From Lytechinus pictus (taxonomy: Eukaryota): DNA of 64,000 bases. Positions 49,801 through 63,000 of the stretch are shown one piece after another; the first letter of the stretch is position 1, and every line of letters begins with the position of its first letter. Under the pieces are notes generated by a model. The model ran no database searches, had not been told where the DNA came from, and saw nothing but the letters and a program-made list of their open reading frames with translations. Both the position numbers and the translations under genes were made by a program. The stretch is taken from the NCBI RefSeq assembly GCF_037042905.1, contig NC_087246.1:49600001-49664000 (forward strand), written 5' to 3'.

Positions 49801-51083
49801 GATATCCATATGGATGTGCGGGTACCTAGACTGGTGGCGCTGGAAATGTACCTTCAGGTTACCCTTGGTAGAAAATCGGTTCCCGCAGATGTTGCACTTA
49901 TATGGTCGTTCACCGGTGTGGGAGCGAATGTGGATCTGGAGGGCACTGTCACTTCCAAATACTTTGTGACAGAATCTGCATTTGTGACGGAAGAAGGGAT
50001 CATCAGCACTGAATTTGGGGTCAAAAACTGAGACATTGGGGGGCTTCGGTTTTTGGTTACCAGAAAGCAAACTCTCATGATAAGGGAGTGGTGGCGGAAT
50101 TCCAAGAGGGTTGAGTGGCATATGTCGGTTGGCATGCTGTTGAAGCATCTCAAAAGGGGACTTCTGGCTAGGCAGATGGAATGGTGGTGGTAGAGGTGGC
50201 AGCAACCTTCCTTGAGCATGCATGGCCTCTATAGCAGATTGTTGCACAGCTGATGCTGCTGCAGCTCCTGCAGGAGATAATATATGTGGTGGATGAATCA
50301 TACCAGGTATGGTAGGGATTGGTACAATGGGTGTGGATGGAATGCTAAATGTGGTAGCAGTGTTTGTGTCAGAACTGGGGGCTGGTTCAGTTTTGCTTTC
50401 TAAAAGCTGTTCATCAAGTTCTGGCGATTCCTGACTCCCTGAGGAATCTTTTGGTTCTTGCTTCGGTTGATTTTGTTGCTGAAGCTGTTGAAGTTGTTGG
50501 TGCTGAATCTGCTGCCTTTGTTGCTGGGCAGTTAAGTGGTTGATCTGATGCTGGATGCTCTGGATCATATGAAGTTGGTGAAGATGCTGCTGTTGAAGGG
50601 CATACAGCTGTTCTCGTATCATCACTACATCAGTGTGCCCAGGAACCATGGCAGATTCTCGAGGAAACTGTGCCACAGCATATGGAGTGTTTTCAAGGTT
50701 GTCCAAGGAAACATTTGAAGGTGGGAGACTTGGGTTTGGGCTTTGATCTGAAGACCTGCCAGGTTGTTCATCCTGCTGCTGAGCTTTTCCTTCAGAGACA
50801 TAGTTTGGTTCAACAGATTTCCTGCTATCAGGGGTCATGGAACGATCAGAGGCAGTGTCCTGGTCTTTCTCAGACATCCTGCTAGAATCTTCCATCTGCT
50901 CCTGCCCTTCATTGAAGATCATCACGACCTGCTTCTTGATACAGTTCTGCTTATGCTTTACAAAGTCGGCAAAGACAACAAACTCCCCACGGCAGTTGCC
51001 ACAGACATGGACATCTCCGATAACTTCGTCATGTTCGTCTGAGTTCATGGCATCTAGAGGCTGGTTGATGCCTTCAGATGAAC
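46819..51083 (-). CDS. SALL: Spalt-like / Sal-like C2H2 zinc-finger transcription factor, large terminal coding exon (~1420 aa); first exon outside window
   Basis: N-terminal C2HC finger (~50941-51009), Q-rich multimerisation segment ([24 protein letters not shown]), KPPNVSV, four ZF clusters (2+3+2+2 fingers) each with a Sal box F(S/T)[31 protein letters not shown]. Phase-1 acceptor TTCTCCCATGTACAG at 51084; TAG stop at 46819-46821. The ORF-track start at 51141 is intronic. Confidence 0.97.
46867..47406 (-). repeat. Coding 18-bp / 6-aa tandem repeat (RE-x-A-L/H-S/N) in the Sall C-terminus
   Basis: 29 full hexads plus REEA and RD partial units = 180 aa; 12-aa super-period ([12 protein letters not shown]). 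Confidence 0.95.
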
Positions 51084-54000
51084 CTGTACATGGGAGAACA
51101 AGACGAGAAAATGATTTAATAAGAATTTCACAAATCATCAAAAAGCTTTTTTATATATATATATATACTTTCAATTGAAGTACATAATGTACAGTGTACA
51201 TCAAAACAAGTACAATCTTGCAATTATGGGCTATATACTTTTAATCTCACTCTAAATCTGGTGAAGTAATTTAATTTTTATGATAAGAGGACAAAGGGCA
51301 AAACTTGGTTGTTTTAAGGAATTAATGTCACAGATTAAAAATAAATGACTTTAGACATCTGACATTCTTCAATCAAGAAATTAAGTACATATAGAAAGTG
51401 CTTGCAATTGACAGAAGGGTGGGAAATGTTAATAACATGAACAGAGGCCGTTCCAACAACTACATATGAAAGAAACAAATGTTATCATAGAAAACGTCCT
51501 TCACTAGGCAGCTATACAAACACCAAGTTTCACCCTTGTCAAATGCTTGTGTAATTCTATTTCACAAACTGATAAGAGGTGCCCTCTGAGGAAAGAACTA
51601 AACCTCATTTCCTTCTGAACATTTTTTTTTCTGTTTTGGTTTATGTTCTGTCAGGAGGCTTGCATCAGTACAACTGGTAATCATTTCATTTTGACAGTGC
51701 ACTCAGTAACCTAACATGACCAGTTAATCATTCAATTGCACTTATTTTTACGAGGTTGACTGAAATAAGCTTTCAATAAAAAGGATCAGTACATATTTGA
51801 AATGAACTACTAATAATAGAAAACTTTCCCCCATGATGTAAGGTACAAAACAAAATTATCTAAAACAAGCTATGAAATAATCAAATGTCTCAATTAAAAC
51901 AATAACATCACTATCATTCTGACTTACAAGTGATATGATGCATGAAAGGCAAGTGAAATGTAAAATTCACGTCAGTAGAAAGATGAAGAGAACTTGACAA
52001 AACTCTTAAGTGTACAACACAAGCTGAAAGCAATCCAAGTAAAATATCACTATGGACAGTGTCAAAACATTAGTGTACAAAATTCAACATATCCAGTTTG
52101 AGGTCCAATTTATGTACAGGCTCCGAGATTTCTTTCCTCTTCCAGTACTAATCCACAAAAACAACTCAAAAGTGAGTAAAATATGTTTGTTTTTCTACAT
52201 AACTGGTAAAAAGTCTAATGTTCTCTTAAATGACAAAAAAGAGCCAAGTCCATTTCAGTTCATTTCCTCTTCAACACAACTGATTCCTTTGCATGGGTAG
52301 ATCGGATGATGCCTGTCAATTGAACAGCAAATGCGATAAAAAAATTGTGAGAATTGAAAGTTGTCTATTCAAACAGAATATTATTTGACAGTATCTATTC
52401 ACTGAAGCATGAAATTGTGCACATGACTACATCACTTCAGCGAAATTCAGATCAGGGAATCAGAGATAACCAAAGAGAAACGCTTGCTATCCCCTCATCA
52501 TGTAATCTCCTAGAGATCTCTCAGCGACAAGCTTGTTACCGTTCTCCGGGCGGGAAGAGAGCCGAGGAGCATCAGCTACGCATGTTTACAGTCAGAATAT
52601 CATCGCATTTATGGGTGACACATCCCCGTATATTGGCTGGCTGGATTATTATGATAACAATAATAATCAAACATTGGTGAGCTCTCCAATGCATAACATT
52701 ATGATATGAAAAGCCTCAGCAATCTTTTGTCGCTCTGCCATCAACTGACAAAAGCGTAAATAGACTTTTTTTTTTCTTATCCCTCTTGTAAATAGCATGC
52801 TATGATAGCAGTGAATGGCTGAGTGGGTCGGCTGTTGGTCGTGATAACTGAAGTGACACACTAAACCCTCGGGGCACAAATTAATACGAGTGGCGCAGTG
52901 ATGCCATAGATATGATCACATCATTCATCAAATATTAAAGTGGTAGCGTCAAAATTCATCTAATCGCTTCAATTACTTTGTGGTAGCATTTTTTAGGGTT
53001 GCCCATTTAAATTCAGCTGATAATGCAATATCATTTTTCATCTATTGGATTGGTGTGCGATGGTAATTGGTGATTTTGTTAAAGTCACCCTTCTCATGTA
53101 GAACAAAAGCTCTTGTCGTAGATTGAATACACGATTTCAGCTCAAATTGCATCGATGATGAAAATATATACAAGCCTAAAGTTTTCAACCCTTTTTAATG
53201 GCTCACACAAAAATGAATACCCTTTAAATCAACACTAATGTAAGAGGAATAAAGACCCCTTATCATTTAACATCATTCCTTTGTGAGAAAATGTCATCTT
53301 CATTTATTTTGCTGCCATTTCCTTTTGTCATGAAACTGTGAAAAATGGGTGAATTCATCATTTAATGGGACATAAATTTCTTTTATGCCCATGACATTCC
53401 CAATATCTGGTTGATACATCATACAGGAGTGTTTGAAGAAGATATTAGACACAGCCATGATGATATTTCATCTCAAAATGACTATGGTGATTCGGTTAAG
53501 AAAAGGGGGCACATCAGTTAGCTGTTCTCCTTACGTGTACCTCATTATCAGATGCCGCTTGCAGAATTTTTTTCATGACAAGAGCCGTGAAAGACGGCAA
53601 AATGAGATTGGTATGATTTATGACCACTGGAGGAGCAGCTTAACAAAATTGAATATGAACAATAAAACGTGATATCGCATTTGGAAATGAATTTTCTAAT
53701 GATTGATATGATCATTATGTTTGCCGGCAGAAACACCTGCTTTTTTCCCCTCCTCCACTTTAATGATACATTTTCATATCATCATTTCGATATTGAATAA
53801 ATGAAGAAGACCTCTGCGAATATGCAATTAAAATTTCTGATTATCATCTCATAAATTATTGACTCGTGGGTGATACCTCACGTTTGAAATGCATTGCATG
53901 ATGGATGTCATTTATTTGATGATTAAGAAAAACATCTTTTAATCTTCTGATTCTATTAGCAATGAAAAGGATATGCAAAGTATAATCCTTTACTATGAAT

Positions 54001-57000
54001 ATATGATGGTAACTAGAAATAGAATATCATAAAGTGCTTATCCTAGAATGAACCTGATTAAATGAAAGAATTTTGATGGATTGGACTAATTAGGATAAAT
54101 TTGGAAGGGGATGGGTATGGTCACAACACTATTGGTTTTGAAATGATCCTTCTTTTGTATGTCATGTATCAATGAAAATTCAAAGTCATTAAAATGTCCT
54201 TAGAAATTGAAGCAAGATCTTAGATTCTTAGCCCTCAGGCTGGATGGTGTTTTAAGATTACCTCAAAAAACTAAGGTAGTAGTTCATAATATTACATTTG
54301 ATTTATTCTTTAAGCAGATATAATAAATGTGGCAAAAACTCACTTTCTTCCATATCTAGTTCGTACCTTTCTTTCTTTTGCTCCCTTTCCTTTATTCCCT
54401 TCTTTTCTTTTGTTCATCTACCATTTTTTGTCAAATACTTTTTTCCGATTAAGAAAATCCTTCCTTTTCATCCCAACTGCAATTTCCACCTCTTAACACC
54501 ATTTCACATCTGAATTGAAGGGGTTTGGCGCAGCCTCCCATACAATAGTAAGATAGAAAGGAGTCACATTTCATACATTCTTAATTCTCTTTAGTGCTTG
54601 GGGTCGTAAAAATATGTAACTGATGCGCCGCGCTGCCCCTTCCAGCCGACCGAAAATTGATCGCCTGGAACAGATCTTCATACAGGTGGAAGTGAACGTG
54701 CAGGGTTTGGGAATCTGATATATCAAATATTGATAATATCTTTCACTTGAATCAGTCGAGTATTTCACATTTGCAAGGAGGGCACTAGCCCGATAAATCA
54801 AGCATAAAAGGGCCAAGCGTGGCTGAATTCATGAAGTGATACATGCTTGCATAAAGGACGCTTTTCATGCAAAAGTATAAGCTTATAATATCAGCAATGC
54901 ATGAATAAATGTATTGTAAAACTAGTCGTAGATGGGAACAATAAATAAATAACAAATGCTCGACTGAAAAGAGCATCAAATAAGCAAGGCAAAAGACAAA
55001 ATAACATTCTCCGGCTTTCGGACACCATGTATCATAAAGATGATGATCATGATGAAAAAATTGCAAATAACCTCTTTAATCAATGTCATCCAACAGACAC
55101 ATAATCAAATAAACCAAACACCATAGGAAGAGATCAAGTTCGTATTAGAGACACAAGATCGAGAAAACATGGTTCTCCGATCACCAAGGAAAAGAAGTTG
55201 AAAAGGTACACAAGGAAATAATGTCTTTATTTCACCTGTAGCAGATGTGTACCATGACTGAACTTTGCATCAATTTAATTAGTTTTTTAAAGGGAACTCA
55301 GTCAAGCGCAACCTCGCTTCGACTTGGGATAGGATAAAACAAGGATGCAGCGGCTTTCTCGTTGTTAATCAACGTTACTCCAGATTCGGGAGTCCTCCTG
55401 GTGGTGTGTGTGCGCGTTCATGATATCTGTGACAGAGATCATTCCAACCATGATGGAATCATTCAGACACTTAATCTCCTGTTGCGCTCCCCCAACTAAT
55501 CCCAAATTGATGCTTATTAGCAGGCCACAACGGTCAGGCCTGCCAGATCAAGAGCCCTCCCAGCCCTATGATCAGAGCATTGATCATGAGGAATAAATGA
55601 GAGGGAATGGGTGTGAGGGAGGGGGGAGAGGAGTTAAAGAAAGAGAGAGAAAGAAAGAAAGAGGTAAAACAAAAAAAGATGGAAAGAGAGAAATGAGAAA
55701 AACAAATAACAGACACAAAGATAAATTGAAATATTAAAGAGAAGCAAGAGGAGGAGAATGAGAAAGAGAAATATTGAGCAGATACTGAAAGAAAAGATCA
55801 TAGAGATAAATTCTCCAATAATAAAAATCTATTCATAATGTGACATCACAGAGAGGAAAGGGATTTAAAGGGAGGCTTATCCAGACATAAGTTAACAGAA
55901 CATTGAAATGTGAGAAAAGCATATTGACCAAAGTTTGGAGAAATGCATTAACAAGAGTTATGAATTCTTGAATTTTCTGACATCGCTCACAAGCTTCTCA
56001 TCCATTTGTCATGTACTATGAATTTTATAAAATGCAATTTTCTCAGAAAATTGAAAATGAATTCAATATTTAAAATCGGACATATTATGTCATACACGCT
56101 TCTATGGGGGGGAAAATGCATTCAATCATCATGAACCATTAGAAATGGCAATTTATGGAATGTATATCGTGTGATTTATGGGAAAGCTGCTGGCATGTGA
56201 CATCACAAAATTAAAACGATAAAAAATTCATAACTCTGTTATTCTTTAATGGATTTTTGCCAAGGGTTCATCAATATGATTCTCTTATTTTTTATTTGCT
56301 ATTTTTAATCAGCTGGACATAAGGGTAGATTTGAAAAGGAGGGGGGGGGGGAGGAGTGAATGGGAGAAGTTTGTATACTACGGAATCCTTGCCCTACCAC
56401 AGGATTGGTTTTTTAGCTGGTGAGAGGGAATTAATATTACCCATCCAATCGTTCATGTGCCGCGAGACAGCTGTGACCCAGTGGTCAGTTATTTTGCACC
56501 ACAAGAAGCAGGAGCAAGGGTCAAGTCTGGGTAGAGCGGCTGGTTTGAAACAATTAAACAGCAACAATGCAATGAGCACTGTCTGTAAGAATGCATCCAA
56601 TATCATTGAATACTTTCCGGCTATGGTTTATACCACTATCTTTTCATTGTATTACTGCGAAAAAGAAAGAGTGAATCAGTTAGATTGCTCTAATTATTTT
56701 CAAAATAAGTTTCACTGATTGAATTCACTTGTCAGACAGCATTTTACATCTGGTGATGAAACCTTTGATTGATTAATTTAGGACAAACATAATAATATAA
56801 TTATACACAGCCTGTATTCACTCTCCCTGTTGACAAAGGGAGTCATGTGAGATATCATGTGACCAATGATGAATTTATGCCATGTGACAATAGAACAGTA
56901 CTATAGATCTTGTGTAGCTTCTAACTTCTATAACAAAAGAAACAGAAATGGGATTTAATGAATTTATAATCCCTGTCAACTTTGGCAAACACCTCAAATG

Positions 57001-60000
57001 TATTGAATCTCGAGTCTTCCATGCATTTCCTTTCCTTAACCTCCTTGAAATATGGGGACCTTTTGGGAAAAGGAATTAGAGTTTGTCCATTGTATTACCA
57101 GGTGATGAATAAAATTTGATGCAATTCCCAGAGCTGTATGAATTGCAAGATGGACCCAGAAAGAGATAAGAAATTCCTCCATACATGAAAGGGCACAATA
57201 ACAACAATCTTGCGATGAAAAGGTTTCTCTAACTATTTATGGCATACTTTCATTTCTCTATTGTGTTCTGGTGGTCATTCATTGGTTGCTATCGGCAGAA
57301 GAAGATCCAGACATTACAATGATGTGTGAGGCGTCCATCCGAATGGATATATGGACAGTCGCCTAAGAGCAAGAGATTATAATTCAATGCAAAGCTTCGT
57401 AAACCTTCACAGATAATCTCCACTCAATATTCGACAAAGCATATCTATACATGATAACATGCATCAGCCACAATGTGAATTCTTATTACCAATCAAAACT
57501 CGCCTCTTATTCCAATCGACATTGATACTGTAGGTCTACATTACATGAAAGCAGACATGCTTCTGTATGCTTTGACTGTAAGGTGAACATCAAGACTTGA
57601 AAAACAAAAAGTAAAAGTGTGCTTAGGACCTTACTTAGGCCTCCTATTAATGCCAAGCCCTAGGCCATCATTCAAATGATAGAAGTTTATTTCTAGTAAG
57701 ATGGAACTATCTATCATTTCTACCTGACGTAGGCAAGAGGGAGTCAACAATAGGGGGCAGTCATCCATGTGCTACACTATTCCTGCCACAGAAAATTGGG
57801 TGATATAATCCCTAAGCTTTGTTTTGCATCATCATTTTCTTCAGGGGGTTATGGTCATTCAAAATGAACCATGGCAAAATTTGCAACACTAATCCTCATA
57901 ACTGTACCAATCTGTACCTATTCCATCTTCTCCCTCTTTAGGCTCTGCAAATTCTTCCTTCAATCTTGTCTTATCCATTTTAATTGTCTAGTTTCAACAA
58001 ATATCTCTTCCTCCCTCCATCTTTCAAACATCTCTTATCATGTAAAGATGATAGAGTTATCTAAAATCCATCCTTTTCCACATGAATGTATATAGGTTTA
58101 CTTTACTGAAATGTTTTCAATAGCCCCTCCCCTCCATCTCTCTATCAGAGTTCTATTCTCAATATTTCTTTGTTTTCTCTTTCTTTTCCTATCTACCCTT
58201 TTTACACCCCTCCCTATTCACCTCCAACTATTTATACATATGCAATAACTCGGCATCAATAACAATACATTGCATTCCATAAGTTTCTTGGTTGAAACTC
58301 ACAAAGCCATCTCTCTATTCAAAACGTTTTTTGGTGAAATTTCTTTTCATACTTGTAAGAAGGAGAAGGCTGATTATTATCCCGAAACCCAACAACAGGC
58401 CCCGGCTAATCTCACTTTTCAAAATTTCAAGTTATTCATGTGAACAATCCATAGAATATTTAATACATGCGATCGGCGAGGTGGTATGGTTTTCAAGATA
58501 CAATACTTCAAACTATTTCTTCATCATTCAATGTATATATGTAGCCTATTTCCTTCATGTTCAGACATTTATATATAGATTGCCATCTTAAACATTTGGT
58601 CCTTGGTCTCATTTTAATAAAAAAAAATTATAGAATTCCTTGATAACCATGAAACGTGTCATCAGGTGTGTTCAATGGAAAAATTTAGCTATTTTTAACA
58701 AGGAAATTGTAATTGTTAGTGTCGTAACAGCGATGTTTAAGTAATCACCCTTATATTTTTTATGACAAAATAATACACCTTCTAGCGTTTCAGATGCCAC
58801 AATTTTGATAGACAATGATTGATTATCATGTCTTCTTTTAAAAAATGCTTTGAGTTAGAACAAAATTATACTGATATGATTTATAATACGGGTTTATCTT
58901 TTTCTTCTACAAAATATGAGTTACACTTGTTCCTCAAGTGCTCCATTATGACATGAAGATGATTTACAAACATCAAATTAATAAGATTTTTTTGTGAAAT
59001 TACTATTTTGATTTTACAGAAAGATATGACTCAAAATTGTTCATGAGATTATTTACTGAGTTAGTGTTACAAGAAAGGTTACAAAGACAACAACCTTTTG
59101 ATTCTGGAGAGCTATCATACAACATAAAAGGGTATATCAGTAAATTTTGAGTTCTAGAGGGGCTTTTACTGACAGACCATAGGCATGTAGGGTTGGTGCC
59201 CTTCTGTCTCCCAGCAGAATACATAATTATGTATATCAAGTAGAAAGTCTACCAAAAGTTCACCATAAAGGGAACCAAAGGTGGGATAAAATGGCAAAAT
59301 GGACATCCAGAACAAGGCAAGACATAGGACAAGTCATCAAGAATGGAGATAGGCATTAGCAGATACACCAAAGGGGACAATGTCAAAATCGAAAGCTCTC
59401 ACACAATTTCTGCTCAAAGTTTATTCTAGAGGTAGTGCTTAAGACCCAAATTAGCCCCGAGCCATTCAGCAAATCAGAAATTTATGGATTCCTGTATATG
59501 AATATCATCCCATACCGATCCCATTCACTTAACATCTTCCTCAGTTGCGACAGACCTAATGGACAGCACCGATGGAATTCTCTCAGTCCACCCAAGAAAC
59601 CTATTTAATTTTTGGCCAGTCCGAATTGAAGTCATTTTGTCCCTTCCCAGATTTTCAGATTTAATTTTGATGTCATTACGTCCCCAGGTAATTGAATTAA
59701 CAGTAATATGATTTAATTGCCAGTTGTTTAATAAGCGAGAGCCATCATGCACAGTGGGCATTCATATTACCTTGCATAATCATTGTCGGGCCCACGTCTT
59801 TATGAAAGTTCATTTCCTTTATCCGCAGACTTCAACTTTCATTTTAACTACTCTTCTTTCTCCTTCAGCATCTCGCTCTCTCCTCCCCTCTCTCTCTCTC
59901 TTATTTATATCCATCACAATATCTCTTCATTTGAGTCTCTTGTTCCATGTCCCCCCTGCAATCATACAACCTTCTTACTCATTACACATCATGACAGCCA

Positions 60001-63000
60001 CATTCGTATTGAACACACAACGCTCTCACTGCATGATGGATGGCCAAACCACGATTAATCGGTCAATTCCGATGAGCGTTGCTTAATAAATTCCCTCGGC
60101 CCTTTTTACAAGATGAAATCCATACACATCTCTCCCACAATGCATTGCAATGCTGCAAGACGAATCGACACTGCGGGGTGGAATATTGCACAAAACAAAC
60201 ATGGCACGATTCTGTTCCGAAAAAATAGAAACCACGCTCCAATTATTAATTTTTTAGGCTATTTACAGATGGGCAATATTTGCTTACACTGTGGAAGCCG
60301 AGACTAACAGGATATTAAATAGGAAATGGCAGAGGAAAATGGTTACATCTTTTTTGTATGCCCAGACGACGAGTCAAAATTAAAAAACTGAAAGTTGCAT
60401 ACAAGTACGGAATATTGCCTACGAGATCTGTGACATAGCATTGTGTAGATTCTTCTAGAAATATTTCATCACATTTTAGTTGAATAAGCTGGAAAGTAAA
60501 TTATGACCAATGACCTAGTTATGCTACATGTTTAAATTCCCAGAATAGAAAGAAAATGGGGTCATTCCTGTAAATGTTAATTGCTCAGAAAGCCTCTGCA
60601 TCAGTAAGCTTATACATAGAATGAATACATTTTGTCTATCCAAGTTTACCTACATATTTTTCAGTAATATCAATAAAAATAAGAAATCAATACAAACAGG
60701 CAAGGATACATGAAACCTGATCTACATATTTCCTCTGTCAAAGACACTATTCCATGAGAGATATTATTTTTTCACGATGCAATTAAACACCTTGACAGTG
60801 ATTTTAGAGAAGTGGGCCATCTTCTTTAGCTCTTTCATTTATGAAAAATGTCTGTCGAGAGTGACGGTTACAAGAGATGCACTACTCAGAAACGTCAGCC
60901 TCGACCCTTCCCCAAATGGGCAACATGATTTTCAAAAATTTCTTGCCCTTCAAATTCAGTCTGAGGAACAGAGATAGCATCAAAATAGAAAAGTGTATAT
61001 TGCATTCAAAGGCAGATGCCTGAATAAGAAGGGGAAAAAAGAAATAGCTGGAGCAAGGGTACCTTTACTTCGCAGCTTCTTATTGTGAAACAAGAAATGT
61101 AATAAAATTAACTACCACTGCAATTTTTTTTATGTTACCATTCAAAAGGGAAAAAAATGATAAATGTAGGCCTATGTTTATTTCAATTGGTAAATAGCAG
61201 GTCTGTGAAAATTATATTTTTTTTCCTCTCCCGTTTTCCAATTTTTTTCCCTATTTCCCTTTGTCTCTTTATGTTTTCCCTGTGCATTTGTCTTCTTCTT
61301 GATACTCTCCTCTCCCCTCTCTCTCTCTAACTTCTGTCCTTCCTCCCTCTGTTCCCCTCCCCATTCTCTCTCTACTCCCCCCCTCACTCCACCTCTCTTT
61401 CCATCTCTCATTCTTCATCTCCAAATCCTTCAAACAGAGGTAAAAAGTAAAAATGAGTTGAATGACATGACAACTGAAATGGGTAATACACCATATTCTG
61501 ACTGATCATTCATCACAAGACATATCTGAGGGGGAAAAAAAGCCTTAAATTGAATAAAACTCTCCATTTTTCTCCTTCAATAATGCCCTGTACTAAAAAT
61601 TGCCTCTGGGCGTGTCATTCATGTAAACACTATCATAAATTGTGATTGTGCTAACAGAGAAAAGGAATTTTGACAAAACATGCGACTTAAAAGAAAATGG
61701 AAAAAAGTTAGGACATGGAGTTTTTTTTTTAAAGGAGAAAAAAAAATAGGCAGATCAACAGTAGAAAGTCCGACCTGAGGGTACCGAAAATGGAAATGCT
61801 ACAAGTTTTTTTAACCTCAAAATTATTCTTGAGGGGAGGAATATCTGAAAGCAAGCATTTGGCCATTCCATCTTCACTTCAACACCTGTGCAAGGTAAAC
61901 AGAGATCAATCAGAAAATAGTTTCCATAATTTGATGGGTTTTTGTTGATAACTGGGAGGCTTTGAAGAAAAAAAAATTCAGACTACCAAGAACTGCATGG
62001 CAGAAGCACTTTAAGCCGATGTCTGCCAAAAGATAAATCTGGCAAGGAATGGCAATACAAGCCTCTTCTCCAACTACAATTTTTCAATCAGTTCTTTTTA
62101 TTACATTTTATTTTATTTCTTCAAGGTAATTTAGGGGGACTTGAAAGACAAATGCACCAAGAAATGGCAACACATGCTTTTTTTCCGACTACAATTTTTT
62201 TATCATTTATATTTCACTTACACGGTGCTTGTGTAATTGTTGAGCATCGGTCATCAACTCAAAAGAAAATTGAAAATGTCACGAATCTTTCCCCGTCACA
62301 ACTAAAGAAGACTCTGTGTACGGATGGTCGGTCAACGCGCAAGAGCGGGCCGATGCTTCTTCAGTCCTGCTTTTTACCATGTCGTTGACAGATGCAAAGG
62401 TAACAATGGAAATGAGAAAGCGCTTGGGGGATGTTTATCCCCATTTTCCACAATCTGTAAAATCCATATCGGTTGGATTACAGATGTTTAGCCGAGCTGT
62501 CAGGACGAGTAAGGGCAAAGATGATTTTTATGATTTCAAAAGCCGGAGATGTAGGCCTCATCAGTGAGGAGGCACAACTCCTTGCGTTGATCAAGGGTGA
62601 GAAGGAGGATCTGAGTAAATTGCTTGTCAGACCTTATAGCAGCGCAAAGGCATTTCCGGATCTCTGTGCTTACTCTACAAACAATAGAATTAGCCCATCA
62701 AGGAAAACACGGCAATCATGACTTCTAATCAAAGAAAACAAGATCATTTCAATTTTTTCTGCTTGTTCTTTTGATTGGTTGAACAAGAAATGGGGTGTTT
62801 TTTAATAATTTCTAAAAATTCCTAGAAAATGACATTTGTTACAGATTTTAATTAAGTAAAAGATTTGTTTTCATGGTCTCCATATCAGTGGTCTTTGTAA
62901 TTGTTTGAAATTAGTCCAAAAGTGTAGGATAGTCAGAATTGAAGTATAACAAGTTGAAGAGGCAAAAACCTGGAATATGGGTATGACAAGCAAAACTAGA

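Noticed and set aside
51084-51141. ORF-track N-terminus of Sall ([10 protein letters not shown]...)
   Set aside because: Lies upstream of a good splice acceptor in AT-rich intronic sequence and does not resemble the Sall N-terminus.
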